Shown in pieces: positions 12,436 to 24,761 of a stretch of DNA of 64,000 nt. Position 1 is the first letter of the stretch. Each line of letters starts with the position of its first letter. This DNA comes from Octopus sinensis. Lineage: Eukaryota. A program made the position numbers and the translations under genes. The DNA is taken from positions 47,070,464 through 47,134,463 of the forward strand of contig NC_043011.1 of assembly GCF_006345805.1 (NCBI RefSeq), given 5' to 3'. The notes beneath the pieces are model-generated. The model did no database searches. It saw nothing but the letters and a program-made list of their open reading frames with translations, and was not told where the DNA came from.

Positions 12436-12759
12436 TGGCTCAGTGGTTAGAGCGTCGAGCTTACGATCGTGAGGTTGTGAGCTCGAATCCCGGACCGGGC
12501 TGCGTGTTGTGTTCTCGAGCAAGGCACTTTATTTCACGTTGCTCCAGTTCACTCAGCTGTAGAAATGAGTTGCGACGTCACTGGTGCCAAGGTGTATCGA
12601 CCTTTGTCTTTCCCTTGGATAACACTGGTGGCGTGGAGAGGGGAGGCTGGTATGCATGGGCGACTGCTGGCCTTCCATAAAAACAACCTTGCCCAGACTT
12701 GTGTCTAGGAGGGTAACTTTCTAGGTGCAATCCCATGGTCATTCATGACCGAAGGGGGT

Positions 12760-12762
<3 letters not shown>
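12436..12762 (+). mobile_element. SINE family C, full length, inserted in (TA)n
   Basis: A-box tggctcagtgg, B-box gctcgaatccc, CORE-like tcgagcaaggcacttta. Confidence 0.9.
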
Positions 12763-12803
<41 letters not shown>

Positions 12804-13032
12804 GTGTGTGCATGTGTGTGTTGCAAAAACTATAGACTACATTTTTGTCAACATTTTAGTGGAGAAATCTATGATCTTCCCATTATTCCTCCATATTTCT
12901 TTTTTCTTTTTCTTTTTGTGGTAGCAGAGCTTTTCTTTTAACTCTTGGCTATAAAGTTTTCAATAGAAGCCAACCAACATCAATATGTTGACAATGTGTG
13001 TAAATATATTCATTTGTTATTATATTCATTAG

Positions 13033-13058
13033 TCAATAATGTGACGGAACTGCATCAG
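13033..13058 (+). CDS. Candidate 26-nt small exon
   Basis: tttgttattatattcattag|TCAATAATGTGACGGAACTGCATCAG|gtaagg; open as xNNVTELHQ. Confidence 0.25.
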
Positions 13059-13550
13059 GTAAGGTTAATCATCAAATTTTGATCAATCTTTATCTCTGTT
13101 TTTATTTTAAATACCTTTTCCAAAGCATCGATTTTGTTATCAGAAATAGTGGAGGCTGAGCATCAGAACAATAAGCAGAGATTCAATTAAATCCAGAAGC
13201 TCTCTCTTTCTCTCTCTCTCTCTCTCACCTGAAAATTTGCAACTTTGCATGAATAAAAGATATTGGATGATGCCAACACTGACAACAGAACCTCAGCATA
13301 GTTGCTCGACAGGCCAGAAATAGCAGCCAAATCTTCCTCAGATCACATCTAAAGGCCTTAAAAATTAAAGGGGATATTAGATAGTATGGTCTGACACTGT
13401 CCAATCCAACCCTAATTGTATCCCTAAATCTGAATGTATTATGTCCAAATAAAAGATAGGTTGGTCATGTTTGGAATGGTGTCAAATGAACTAAAAGCAG
13501 CCAATCAAACACACAGATGTGATAATCTAAAAATTCCTCTCAGATGTATT

Positions 13551-14190
13551 CTTTTACTCTTTTATTCTTTTACATGTTTCAGTCATTTGACTGTGGCCAT
13601 GCTGGAGCACTGCATTTAGTCAAGCAAATCGACCCCAGGACTTATTCTTTGTAAGCCTAGTACTTATTTGGTCTCTTTTGCAAACCACTAAGAACCTCCT
13701 TATGAGAGCTCAAAATCTCTCGTGGAAGCGTCATTCAACCAAAATGCAAATATATGGAAAACTACCACCTGTGTCATCTCTTGTGAAAGGTAGGAGAGTC
13801 CAGTTTGCTGGACATTGTTGTAGAGCTGAAAAAGAAGTAATTTCTACTGTTCTCCTCTGGAAGCCATCTACTCGCAATACCAGAGGGCGCACACTCTCCT
13901 ACCCTGATATAATCTCCAGGGATACAGGCATCCAGCAACAGGACCTCCATAATGCTATGATGGACCGTGAAGTCTGGCGTAGCATGGTAAATTCCATTGT
14001 CTCAACCACGGCCGAACAGTGATGAATGATGAAGTTACGGAGAAGTAAACACACCAGCATTGGTTGTCAAGCAATCTTGTTGGGGGGGACAAACACAGAT
14101 GCACAAACATATATATACACACATACATATATATATATACATATATACAACGGACTTCTTTCAGTTTCCATCTACCAAATCCACTCACAA
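13551..14190 (-). mobile_element. SINE family A split by an RTE insertion
   Basis: Halves 13551-13692 and 14035-14190 rejoin as ...ccactaag|ttacgg... Confidence 0.85.
13693..14034 (+). mobile_element. RTE-clade LINE 3' fragment
   Basis: Reads RRVQFAGHCCRAEKEVISTVLLWKP...RGRTLSYPDIISRDTG...MMDREVWRSMVNSIVSTTAEQ*, with a tgatgaatgatga tail. Confidence 0.85.
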
Positions 14191-14261
14191 TTTTAAGACT
14201 TCATTTTTTTTTAATGGGCACATATGGGTTAATTGATTTCCTATTTATTTAACATTATTTC

Positions 14262-14460
14262 AAGGTGAGCTGGCAGAATTGTTAACACACTGGCAAAATG
14301 CTTAGTGGCATTTCATCCATCTTCAGATTCTGAGTTCAAAATCTGCCACAGTTGACTTTGCCTTTCATCCCTTCGGGGTCGATAAAATAAGTACCAGTTA
14401 CGCACTGGGGGTCAATGTAATCAATTTAACACCACCCGCCTTGTGCCAAAATTTGAAACC
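14262..14460 (+). mobile_element. SINE family B, older variant
   Basis: ggtgagctggcagaattgttaac...gcctttcatcccttcggggtcgataaaataagtaccag. Confidence 0.8.
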
Positions 14461-15231
14461 ATTATTTCAAATTTGCTAATTGATTTATTCAAACGAATAA
14501 TTTAGTTTTCCTAAGCTCAGACATAGATTTTTATTGAAAGGAAATCTGTTCGAATGTTCCCTTCACATGTGTCCTACACCTAGCAGAACTAATGACTGAC
14601 ATGTCAAAAATTTTCTATTTTCATACTCTACAGCCTGCTAGTCTACGGAAATTCTCATGATTGCAAAGATATTCGAATTTCCTGTTTTCATGACAAGTGA
14701 TCATTATCTTCATAGTGGAAGCTAGGATATTGTTTTGTATCAATTGATAGACAAAATAAAAAAAAAGAAGAAAAACAAAAGAAAAGAAATCAAAAACACA
14801 TACACTATGATGTAAACAACTTCGTTGTTGTGATACTATCAATTAAATACTATATAGAAAATTACATGACATTTTAGATATGTACAAAAGGAAAGTGTTT
14901 ATGATGAAGAAGGCAATCATAGAACAAGTATTATGCTATCTATTTAATAAAACAATTTGTTTTATACACGTATATCAGTGGATATTCATAATATTTCCTT
15001 CACAGCAATATAATATAAATATTGAATTATATGTGTTATTGGTTAACTCTAGGTGTGAATGTCAAATACATTTACTTTCACTTTTGTATGTAAAATGAAA
15101 TATGTCATCACAGAGAATGGCCAATAGATTAAAGAGGAAACTTGGAGCAACTAGTGTAAAATTGATATTATATAAAAAACTAAAATAAAATAAAATAGGT
15201 GTGTGTGTGTGGCTGTGTGACAAGAAAAAGA

Positions 15232-15945
15232 AGTTTTCTTCCCAACCACTTGGATCCAGGTTCAGTCCCACTACATGGCACACTGGGTAAGTGTCTTCTA
15301 TGATAGCCTTAGGAGCATTCTTTCGGTTTGACTCGACGATGCAATAACAAGAACTCGGTTGTTTCTTTGACGACTCGACAATTCACTTCAGATATCTTTG
15401 AGACCTCTGTGACAATGACGACAGGCATGCACACACAGACACACAGACAAGAAGAAGCACGCACACACAGACAAGAAGAAGCGCGCACACACAGACAAGA
15501 ACAAGCACACACACACAACCCACTAGCTTTCTTCTCTTCCTCCCATTTTAGTAGCTGTCATCAGTTGTCATTGTCATGGAGGTCACGAAGATATCCAAAG
15601 TGAATTGTCGAGTTGTCACGGAAACAACCGAGTTCCTGTTATTGTATAGTCGAGTCAAACCGAAAGAATGCCGCCTTAGGTCAGCGAAAACCATGTGAGT
15701 GGATTTGGTAGATGAAAACTGAAAGAAGCCCATCATGTGTGTGTGCATGTGTGTTTGTTCACCACACCACGTAACTGTCACTGTTATAGTGTTAACGTGC
15801 TCTGTAACTTAGAGGTTTGGCAAAAGAGACCAATAAAATAAGCACAAGAGATTAAAAAAAAGTACAGGGGTTGATTTATCTGACTAAAAATTCTTCAAGG
15901 CAGTGCTCCAGCATGACCGCAGTCTGGTGACTGAAGCAAATAAAA
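15232..15945 (+). mobile_element. SINE family A split by a MITE
   Basis: Halves 15232-15311 and 15676-15945. Confidence 0.75.
15312..15675. mobile_element. 364-bp long-TIR MITE, PIF/Harbinger-like (TTA TSD)
   Basis: TTA at 15309-15311 and 15676-15678; ~105-bp imperfect TIRs (gcattctttcggtttgactcgac.../...gtcgagtcaaaccgaaagaatgc); three internal ~24-bp repeats. Confidence 0.8.
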
Positions 15946-16009
15946 ATTATTGCCTTAATTAGATGATAAGTGGTAGAACTAAAGAAAAATGCTAGATATG
16001 TGGCATATA

Positions 16010-16308
16010 GGTGTAGGAGTGGCTGTGTGGTAAATAGCTTGCTTACCAACCACATGGTTCTGGGTTCAGTCCCACTGCATGACACCTTGGGCAAGTGTCT
16101 TCTACTATAGCGTCGGGCCGACCAAAGCCTTGTGCGTGGACTTGGTAGATGGAAACTGAAGGAAGCCCGTCGTATATTGGCAAAAGAGAGCGATAGAATA
16201 AGTACTAGGCTTACAAAGTTTAAGTCCTGGGGTCGATTTGCTCGACTAAAGGCAGTGCTCCAGCATGGCCACAGTCAAATGACTGAAACAAGTAAAAGAG
16301 TAAAAGAG
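16010..16308 (+). mobile_element. SINE family A with internal deletion
   Basis: Head and tail are joined directly after gaagcccgtcgtatatt. Confidence 0.85.
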
Positions 16309-17014
16309 ATCCTCTATTTTCTTTTACCCAAAGCCAGGAACTTTCCTGCACTCACTCGTATTGTTATAGAATCATTCTGTCAGAACATAGAACATAGTTA
16401 TAGAATTGATATATATATTACGCAGAAATCCCTAATAAATAGAAGCTGTTCCATGTATTAAGCATTTGTAATACAACAAAAGGATAGAGCAAATAAGGTG
16501 AAGTAGCTGTGAGGGCAGAGAGTGAATTACTGTAACAGAGTTATTCATTCAAAACTTTTACTACAAGAGTAAGTGTGTTATGCTTCAAGCAAAGCTTTCA
16601 ACTCTGCTTGACAAGTTTACTTGGCTAACAATCAAGTTCAACTTCTAATTCACATTTGCAAACAAAGACAGTTAGGTGAACAAATGTACCTCTAGGTGGC
16701 TGGTCAATATGTTAGTAATAGCAGCTAAGTCACAATTAAATCATAACCTACTGTTTCTTCCCTCTTCTCTGTTAGGAGGTGCAAGCACTTGTACTCACAT
16801 GTACACATGTGGCATACATGCATCATGGGGTCTTCCATTGTTTATTTAAATACAGAAGTGAAACGCTATATTTGAAAAACAAAGCAAAACCAAACAAAAC
16901 AAAGGAAGCAAAATGGTGTTATCAATGCAGCAAATCTACTTGATCATAAAATTTACTGGATCAGGGTTTACCTGTGGCTAAAGAACAACAAATAGTTCCT
17001 GGCTTTAAGGGTAT

Positions 17015-17420
17015 TTCTTTTTACTACCCACAAGGGACTAAACACAGAAGGGACAAACAAAGACAGACAAACGGATTAAGTCGATTACATCGACCCCAGT
17101 GCATAAATGGTACTTAATTTATCAACCCCGAAAGTACGAAAGGCAAAGTCAACCTCGGCGGAATTTCAACTCAGAACATAGCAGCAGATGAAATACATAT
17201 TTCTTTACTACCCACAAGGGGCTAAACACAGAGGGGACAAACAAGGACACATGGATTAAGTCGATTACATCGACTCCAGTGTGTAACTGGTACTTAATTT
17301 ATCGACCCCAAAAGGATGAAAGGCAAAGTCGACCTTGGTGGAATCTGAACTCAGAACATAACAGCAGACGAAATACCGCTAAGCATTTCGCCCGCCATGC
17401 TAACGTTTCTGCCAGCTTGC
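17015..17420 (-). mobile_element. SINE family B, dimeric
   Basis: Two tandem bodies and a single head; ggctttaagggtatt appears on both flanks (about 17000-17014 and 17422-17436), consistent with a TSD. Confidence 0.85.
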
Positions 17421-17949
17421 CTGGCTTTAAGGGTATTGCAAAAGGCCTGGTTGGAAGCTCAACCTCCTGAGTTCTTTCACAGAAGCAAACAAGTGGAATA
17501 AAACCGAATATGCAGAGTGTGTGTGTGTGTGTGGAGGGGGTCTTGTGTGTGTTTCTTCTTGCTATTCTGTAGCTAGTTTTAGTAAATTTTGTCATTTTGG
17601 GCCCTGCCTTGACAAGTTTATTCAATCACGATAACCCCTTACATTTAATCTGTCACTCCTTTTATCAATCTATACTTTTAATGAAACACTAAGTGGTGCA
17701 TTTTAAAACGACAACAACTCTAACATAAACATGGGCAAGTTCAAGGACAATGCTTTGCACATATGCGTGCACAATCACTTATACACACATGACGCTCTTC
17801 CATGTACCATTTTCACGTACCAAATTCTAATGACAATTATTGGTTAAACCAGACCTGTTGTAGAAGATATTTGTTGAAGATGTCATGTTGCAAGATCAAA
17901 TCCAGAACCATGTGACAGCAAAGCCCTTGAGTAACTAATGTCACTTGAT

Positions 17950-18250
17950 ATATCAATCTTGAGGTAGTGAGTTCGATTCCCGGACTGGGCTGTGTGTTGT
18001 GTTCTTGAGCAATGCACTTTATTTCACATTGCTCCATTAACTCAGCTGCAGAAATGACTCACAATGTCACAGGTACCAAGCTGTATTGGCCTTTGCCTTT
18101 CTCTTGGATAACGTCATTGGCTTGGAAAGGGAAGGTTAGTTTGCATGGGTGACTGCTGGTCTTCCATAAACAACCTTGTCTGGACTTGTGCTTTGGAGGG
18201 GAACTTTCTAAGTGCAATCCCATGGTCTTTCATGGCAGAAGAGGGTATTT
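17950..18250 (+). mobile_element. SINE family C, diverged
   Basis: Colinear with 12436-12762. Confidence 0.8.
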
Positions 18251-18754
18251 ACCCTATATATATATATATATATATATGTATATTTATTTGTATATATGTA
18301 TGTACACACATACATATACTTGCACAGGCATACACACATATACACACAGAACATACATATTCAGTTATATTTCACTTGTTTGCTTCATCAAGCCTCTGTG
18401 TGTGTGTGTGTGTGTGTATACACACACACACATACACTCACACACACACAAGCACACACAAAATAAGTTAAGTATGCTCCAGAAGTAATCTTCTTAGCTA
18501 CACAGACAAATAAATAAGGGTACTTTGATGTGCTACTTGGCCTCCTAAAAACAGCAGCCAAATCACATCCATCTGTCTTAAAATAAAAGCAAAACTTATT
18601 GGTTAATGTCCACTTAGATATGTGTTGACTAAAAAGCTGCAAGTGTCATTTAATTTTTGTTTAAGTTCCTTGGTGTGAATGAAGGGACAGCACCCATAAC
18701 CTTGAAAGTTGGTGAGGTTGGTGCCAATAATATTTCTTTCAACTTGGGTGGCAA

Positions 18755-18925
18755 GGTGGCAGAATTGTTAGCATGCCAAGCAAAATGTCTGAGTTCAAAT
18801 TCCGTCTAGGTCAAATTTGACTTTTATCTTTCAGGGTCGATAAATTAAGTACCAGATGATGCAATTGACTTTCCTGCTCCCCCAAAATTGCTGGCCTTGT
18901 GTCAAAATATGAAACCAATATTTCT
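18755..18925 (+). mobile_element. SINE family B, diverged
   Basis: ggtggcagaattgttagcatgcc...cagggtcgataaattaagtaccag. Confidence 0.7.
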
Positions 18926-19050
18926 TTAATCTGCTGCATGTTGAAATCTGTAGAAAATACATGAGCAACGAGGAGATTCTAGAGTAGTGATTCTCAACCG
19001 TGGTCCATATAGCCCTTCGACATCTATATAAGATTTTGTTGTTAAAATTT

Positions 19051-19446
19051 AGCTTGCTTACCAACCACATGGTTCTGGGTTCATTCCCACTGTGTGGCAC
19101 CTTGGGCTAGTGTCTTCTACTATAGCCTCGGGTCGACCAAAGCCTTGTGAGTGGATTTGGTAGACGGAAACTGAAAGAAGCACATTGTATATATGTATAT
19201 ATATATATATGTATGTGTGTGTATGTGTTTATGTGTCTGTGTTTGTGCCCCCAGCGTCACTTGACAACTGTTGCTGGTGTGTTTACATCCCTGTAACTTA
19301 GCGGTTCAGCAAAAGAGACCGATAGGATAAGCACTAAGCTTGCAAAGAATAAGTCCTGGGCTTGATTTGCTCCACTAAAGGTGGTGCTCCGGCATGGCCG
19401 CAATCAAATGACTGAAACAAGTAAAAGAGTAAAAGAGAAAAAGAGA
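19051..19446 (+). mobile_element. SINE family A, 5'-truncated
   Basis: Colinear with other copies. Confidence 0.85.
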
Positions 19447-19479
19447 GACAAGAAATTGCTTATGTTTCTACAATACACG

Positions 19480-19633
19480 GAACACTTTAACCATTTTTAT
19501 ACAATTCCTAATAATATTTAATCATAGAAATATAATAGGAGTTTTTAGATATCAAATGGCTATGAGAGTCCCACCACCCTTGGTAAAATAGGAACCATGG
19601 GGCCCAAAACCAAAAAAATGGTTGAGAACAACT
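19480..19633. mobile_element. hAT-like MITE right end
   Basis: Ends aaaaaatggttgagaacaactg, the reverse complement of cagttgttctcaacc and similar to cagtgtttctcaac at 33300. Confidence 0.4.
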
Positions 19634-20207
19634 GTTCCAGAGGGAAGAAGTCCTGGGGAGAAAGGAATAAGTATTGTGATTAGTGAAAAACCTGAAGTTT
19701 TGAAAGCAACAAAGAGAGCAAAAGGTAGAGGGACATCTTGGTTAGGAGTGCCCAAAATGACTGGAACACTATCTTGCTGAATAGATATTTACATTAGGAC
19801 AGACCTGAGAGTGAACAACAAGATAGCAGGGATGTGTTAAACAGTTAAAAACAAAAGGCCTCAATAAAAGTGATGGGTGCTGCCTATTCAATTGTTTAAA
19901 TAAATCATTTAAAAAAACATGGTTGCTCTAAGCATTTGAGTTAGCTAAATCTAACCACAAATATAATAAAAAGAAATTAGTGTAACTGAAATAAAATATA
20001 ATTAGAGAATCACAATAAAACTCGTATTGCCATTACTAAATACTTCAAGTTAAAAGCTAAATGTTGAGATTTTGTTTGGGGGTGACGGTCGCAAATTATA
20101 ACAAAATCATAAAAAAAATCTGTTAAGTCTGGTGGATTTGCTTAATTCTTTATTCCCCACGATGACTTTAAATCTAATTGTGTACCACACCATCTCTCTT
20201 ATGTAAT

Positions 20208-20238
<31 letters not shown>

Positions 20239-21009
20239 ACAACAACAACTACTACTACTACTACTACCACTTTGTTATGTGATTAATAAACTTGCAATTC
20301 ACAATAATTTATTGTAATTGTATTAAATAATAATTTTGTCTTGAATGTTCTAAATAATTGCAACTTGCAACTGGGGGAAAAAAAATTATTATCAGTGCTT
20401 GAATATTAGCTTTACATTTTTTGAAAAAAAAAAACAACAACAACAACAATAGCAGCAACAACAACAACAGCAGCACACACACATTCATATTATCTGCAAA
20501 ATATAGATTATAAATAAAGTTGTTTGTTTTTCCCAGTCATTTCTATATTTTTTTCAAATTTTTTTGCCAAGATAATAAAATTTATAATTAGTTACAATTT
20601 ATGCAACATTTTAATCTCTTGATCAAAATATTCACAGATACTGAAACAAGTTTTATTCATGTAATTTATTGGCAAAGTTTAGAACTCCTGTGATGACAAG
20701 CATTCAAATTCCTAGCATGTCTTTTGTTAAATTAACTTCCTCCCAATTATTCTGTGGTTCAATTTAATTAAATTGTTTGCACTAACACAAGTCATCAAGG
20801 TTCCAGACAACAAATTCTAAAGTATATCAGCAACTGTTAGCACAATCAGATTTGTACAAACATAGAAGGTGATCTGAGAGTAAAGACACATCAGGAATTG
20901 TTTAATAATTGAAAACATGACAAAACTCAAAGGAGACATGGCATTGTTTCGATTTTATTGTGTGTCTTTAATAAAGAAGGAGTTATTAAGATTTTTTCTT
21001 CTTTGATTT

Positions 21010-21445
21010 TTTTTTTACTTGTTTCAATTATTTGATTCTGGTCATGCTGGGGCACTGCCTTGAGGAATTTTAGTTAACTGAATTGACCCTGGTTCTTATT
21101 TCTTTTATTAAGCCTGGTGCTTATTCTATAGGTCTCTTTTGATGAACCACTAAGTTATGGGAACATAAACACACCAACACCAGTTGTCAAGTGGTGGGCG
21201 GTGGGAACAAAGACAGGCACAAAGACACACACACATAGCTATATATATATATATAGCTATATATAGCTATATATATGATGGGCTTCTTTCAGTTTCCGTC
21301 TACAAAATCCACCCATAAGGCTTTGGTTGGCTCAAGGCTATAGTAGAAAGTAGAAGACACTTGCCCAAGGTGCCACGCAGTGGGACTGAAGCCAGAACAA
21401 TGTGATTGGGAAGAAAATTTCTTGCCACACAGCTATACCTGTTCC
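21010..21445 (-). mobile_element. SINE family A, diverged
   Basis: Colinear with other copies. Confidence 0.8.
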
Positions 21446-21649
21446 TATTTTTCTTGTTTTTTTTTGTTTTTGCTGTTAGAAAAATGTTGTCTTAAACCAA
21501 ACACACAGCCAATATCAGCCAAGAGATGACAAAGCAACACAGAGAGGTTTTAACTTTCCTCACATAGCCAGAGCATGAATGGATTCATCTATTAATTGAA
21601 CACATTTCTCAAATTTGAGGCTTTGTGCTTATAATAGAAATCATTACAA

Positions 21650-22095
21650 GGTGGTGAGCTAGCAGAAACATCAGCATGCCGGCCAAAATGCTTAGCAGTA
21701 TTTCGTCTGCCACTACGTTATGAGTTCAAATTCCGCCAAGGTCGACTTTGCCTTTCAACCTTTCAGGGTCAATAAATTAAGTACCAGTTATGCACTGGGG
21801 TCGACGTAATCGACTTAATCCCTTTGTCTGCCCTTTTTTGTCTCCTCTGTGTGGCAATAAAGAAATCATAAATCACTACAAGGTGAGCTGGCAGAATCGT
21901 TAGCACGCTGGGTGAAATGCTAAGCAGTATTTTGTCTGCCGTTATGTTCTGAGTTCAAATTCCACTGAGGTCAACTTTGCCTTTCATCCTTTGAGAGTCG
22001 ATAAATTAAATACCAGTTGTGCACTGGGATTGATCTAATTGACTGTCCCCTCCTCCCCCCAAATTTTAGTCCTTGTGCCTTGAGAAGAAAAGACT
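21650..22095 (+). mobile_element. Two tandem SINE family B copies
   Basis: aaatcactacaaggtg(gtg)agctggcagaa starts both 21650 and 21880. Confidence 0.85.
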
Positions 22096-22944
22096 AGGAA
22101 TCATTACATGTATGTTATTTAGCAGACAACTTCTGAGTATGAAGGAAACTTCTATCAAGCCAAAACTGCAGTGCAGTTTCAATTCTCATCTGAAGCCATT
22201 TCACTTTATTTAGATCATTAATTCTCCCGAAACGGTAAAAATAAACATAATTATCATACAACACAGTACTTCTCTCTCCCACGAAATAATATACAGTCTT
22301 TGAGACTCAAATGAAAAGAATGCAAAAAGCGAGCATCTTCGAATAGTTTGTTGTGCTAATTTCCCTGCAAATCACAACTTATTTATGAATTCTTCAGAAC
22401 TTGTGAAGAAAGTCTGCTGACTTTGAAACTCATTTAGAATTGTAGCCAAATATTTGGTCAAGAACAATACAGATATTTGCAACAGATTTCAAAAGCTCTT
22501 CTGCTTCAACAATTGCATTTTTCTATTAGACTTAACAATATTTACTAAAACCTGTTCCTATTGAAGAAAAAATAAAACAAAGGAGAATGAAGAAAAGGAC
22601 AAAGCATTCATATTGTTAAGCAGTCATTCTGTAGTGTGTATTGAATAAACAAGAATCAAACACACAAGAGAATTAAGCTAAATTTCTCAAGTGATAACTT
22701 ATCCAGTGTAATCATTTCAAGTATTTGAAATTGCTAATTACTGTAGCTGATCTTATTATTATAATCTTGTCATATATGGCTTTGTAGCAAATAACGACCC
22801 ATTCCTTCAGCATTTCCACATTTTAGGATCCATGTATTAAAAGAGAACAAAAGAATGGTTTCTATTTGATGTTTAAGTTGATTAAATTGGTTTATCCCAG
22901 CTCCCAGCAGCTTTGATTGTTTTCTGCTTGCAGCGATATTGTCT

Positions 22945-22960
22945 TGAGAGAGAGAGAAAG

Positions 22961-22992
<32 letters not shown>

Positions 22993-23050
22993 TGAGAGAG
23001 AGAGAGGGAAGAAAAGGGCGAGAAAGGGAGTAGAAAGAGAAGGAGCGAGA
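22945..23050. repeat. (GA)n purine tract
   Basis: Visible directly. Confidence 0.9.
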
Positions 23051-23827
23051 GAGCTGTAGGTGAATTTAGATATTAACTTTGATAGATGTGAGAAAACTTG
23101 GTTTGGTACTTGGGAATATCAACTTTGAGTAATACAACCGATAGATGAGAGGTTTAAAATACCTCACAAGCACAAATATACACAAGCACAAACAATGACA
23201 CAAACACACACAAACCCTAACATAAACACAGACACTCAAACAAATGGAATTACGTACACTGTACTAAAAGATCTAAGAAATAAGAAAGAATGTGTTTATT
23301 TGATTCCTTTGTTTTTGTACTATTGATGAGAATTTTTGTGGTTGTGTATACATCATATCTATATACTCTATACTCATTTTTAAGGGGAAATGAACCAATA
23401 AACATGACTCTCATCTAGGATTCAGCCCTGAGAATAAATTCAGTAATTGTCCAATACAACGTGTAGAGAATCTAGTTTGAAATATCCCCCACAGACTTAT
23501 GTATCATTGCTTATTCTCATAGACATTTCTGTTGGAAAGTTTTGTCAGTTTCTTCCTTTCGGTCCAACGAAAAGTGTGTCTGGGTTTTCACATCATTTAC
23601 ATATTGTTGTGTTGTGTTGTGTTTATATAAAAATTGTCCGTACATTATCATGTCTAGACGTTATTGTGTTCATACATTAGTATGTCTAAACAGCATAGAA
23701 TCTCGACATTACTACTGTGTCCATGTTGATAAATTAGTATGTCTAAACACTATCTAAACATTATTGTCTATACATCAATGTGTGTATACAATATGGATAA
23801 TGTATCCTTAAGAAAGAACAACTTTCT

Positions 23828-24148
<321 letters not shown>

Positions 24149-24460
24149 TGGGTACAGGACATCAAAAAAACTTTGAACACAATGAGAAACGAAAACATAA
24201 ACACAAAAACATGGAAACGAACTTTTTTTTGAACAACGACAAAAACAAAAGAGAAACGAGACATACAACATAAAGAATATTCTCTTCTTCAGTTGTCCTT
24301 GTTTCAACTACTCCACATTTCGAAGGCAATGTATTACTGTATTTTTATATCACTGTTTGTACACTGTTGGATTTACATAATATGTCTATAAAATAGAGTA
24401 TTTATTATATTACTGTGTTTATATTTTATTCATATAATTTAATAGCAAAACAAATATCAA

Positions 24461-24682
24461 CCCTTTCGTTACCAACCCAGCTGAAACCGGTTCTGACTCC
24501 ATCATGCAAATGTCTTCGTTTCCATAAGTTTTAAATTAAAATTTTCCACCAAACCTTAGTCCCAATTTATGTTCCTAACACTAGCATAATGATGACTAAG
24601 TTATTTTACTAAATTCTTTGTTATATCTAAAATAATTGAAAGATACACAGAACATCTCAAAACAATTGCAGTAACGAAAGGG
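24461..24682. mobile_element. piggyBac-like MITE
   Basis: TCAA|CCCTTTCGTTAC...GTAACGAAAGGG|TTAA; opposite orientation to 53928. Confidence 0.85.
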
Positions 24683-24755
24683 TTAATCTGGGTGAGAAAA
24701 AGAGCAATACACACACTGACTTGACTTGAACCACATATCTGTCACTTCCCTGCAG

Positions 24756-24761
24756 ACCAAG
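24756..24761 (+). CDS. Candidate 6-nt microexon
   Basis: ctgacttgac...tctgtcacttccctgcag|ACCAAG|gtaaga. Confidence 0.2.

Noticed and set aside
12436-12500. tRNA genes at SINE heads (also 7280, 32530, 49540-49610, 56010-56080)
   Set aside because: A and B boxes are present but there is no complete acceptor stem or cloverleaf, and each continues into a SINE body.
12132-12680. 182-aa ORF and other SINE-spanning ORFs (2222, 24924, 35961)
   Set aside because: They run through SINE A and C copies; the same peptides recur at every copy.
19552-19804. Minus-strand exon QDSVPVILGTPNQDVPLPFALFVAFK or a 12-nt microexon
   Set aside because: The only donors are weak (G|GTTTTT, T|GTAAAT), the downstream part is a MITE end, and no homology was recognised.
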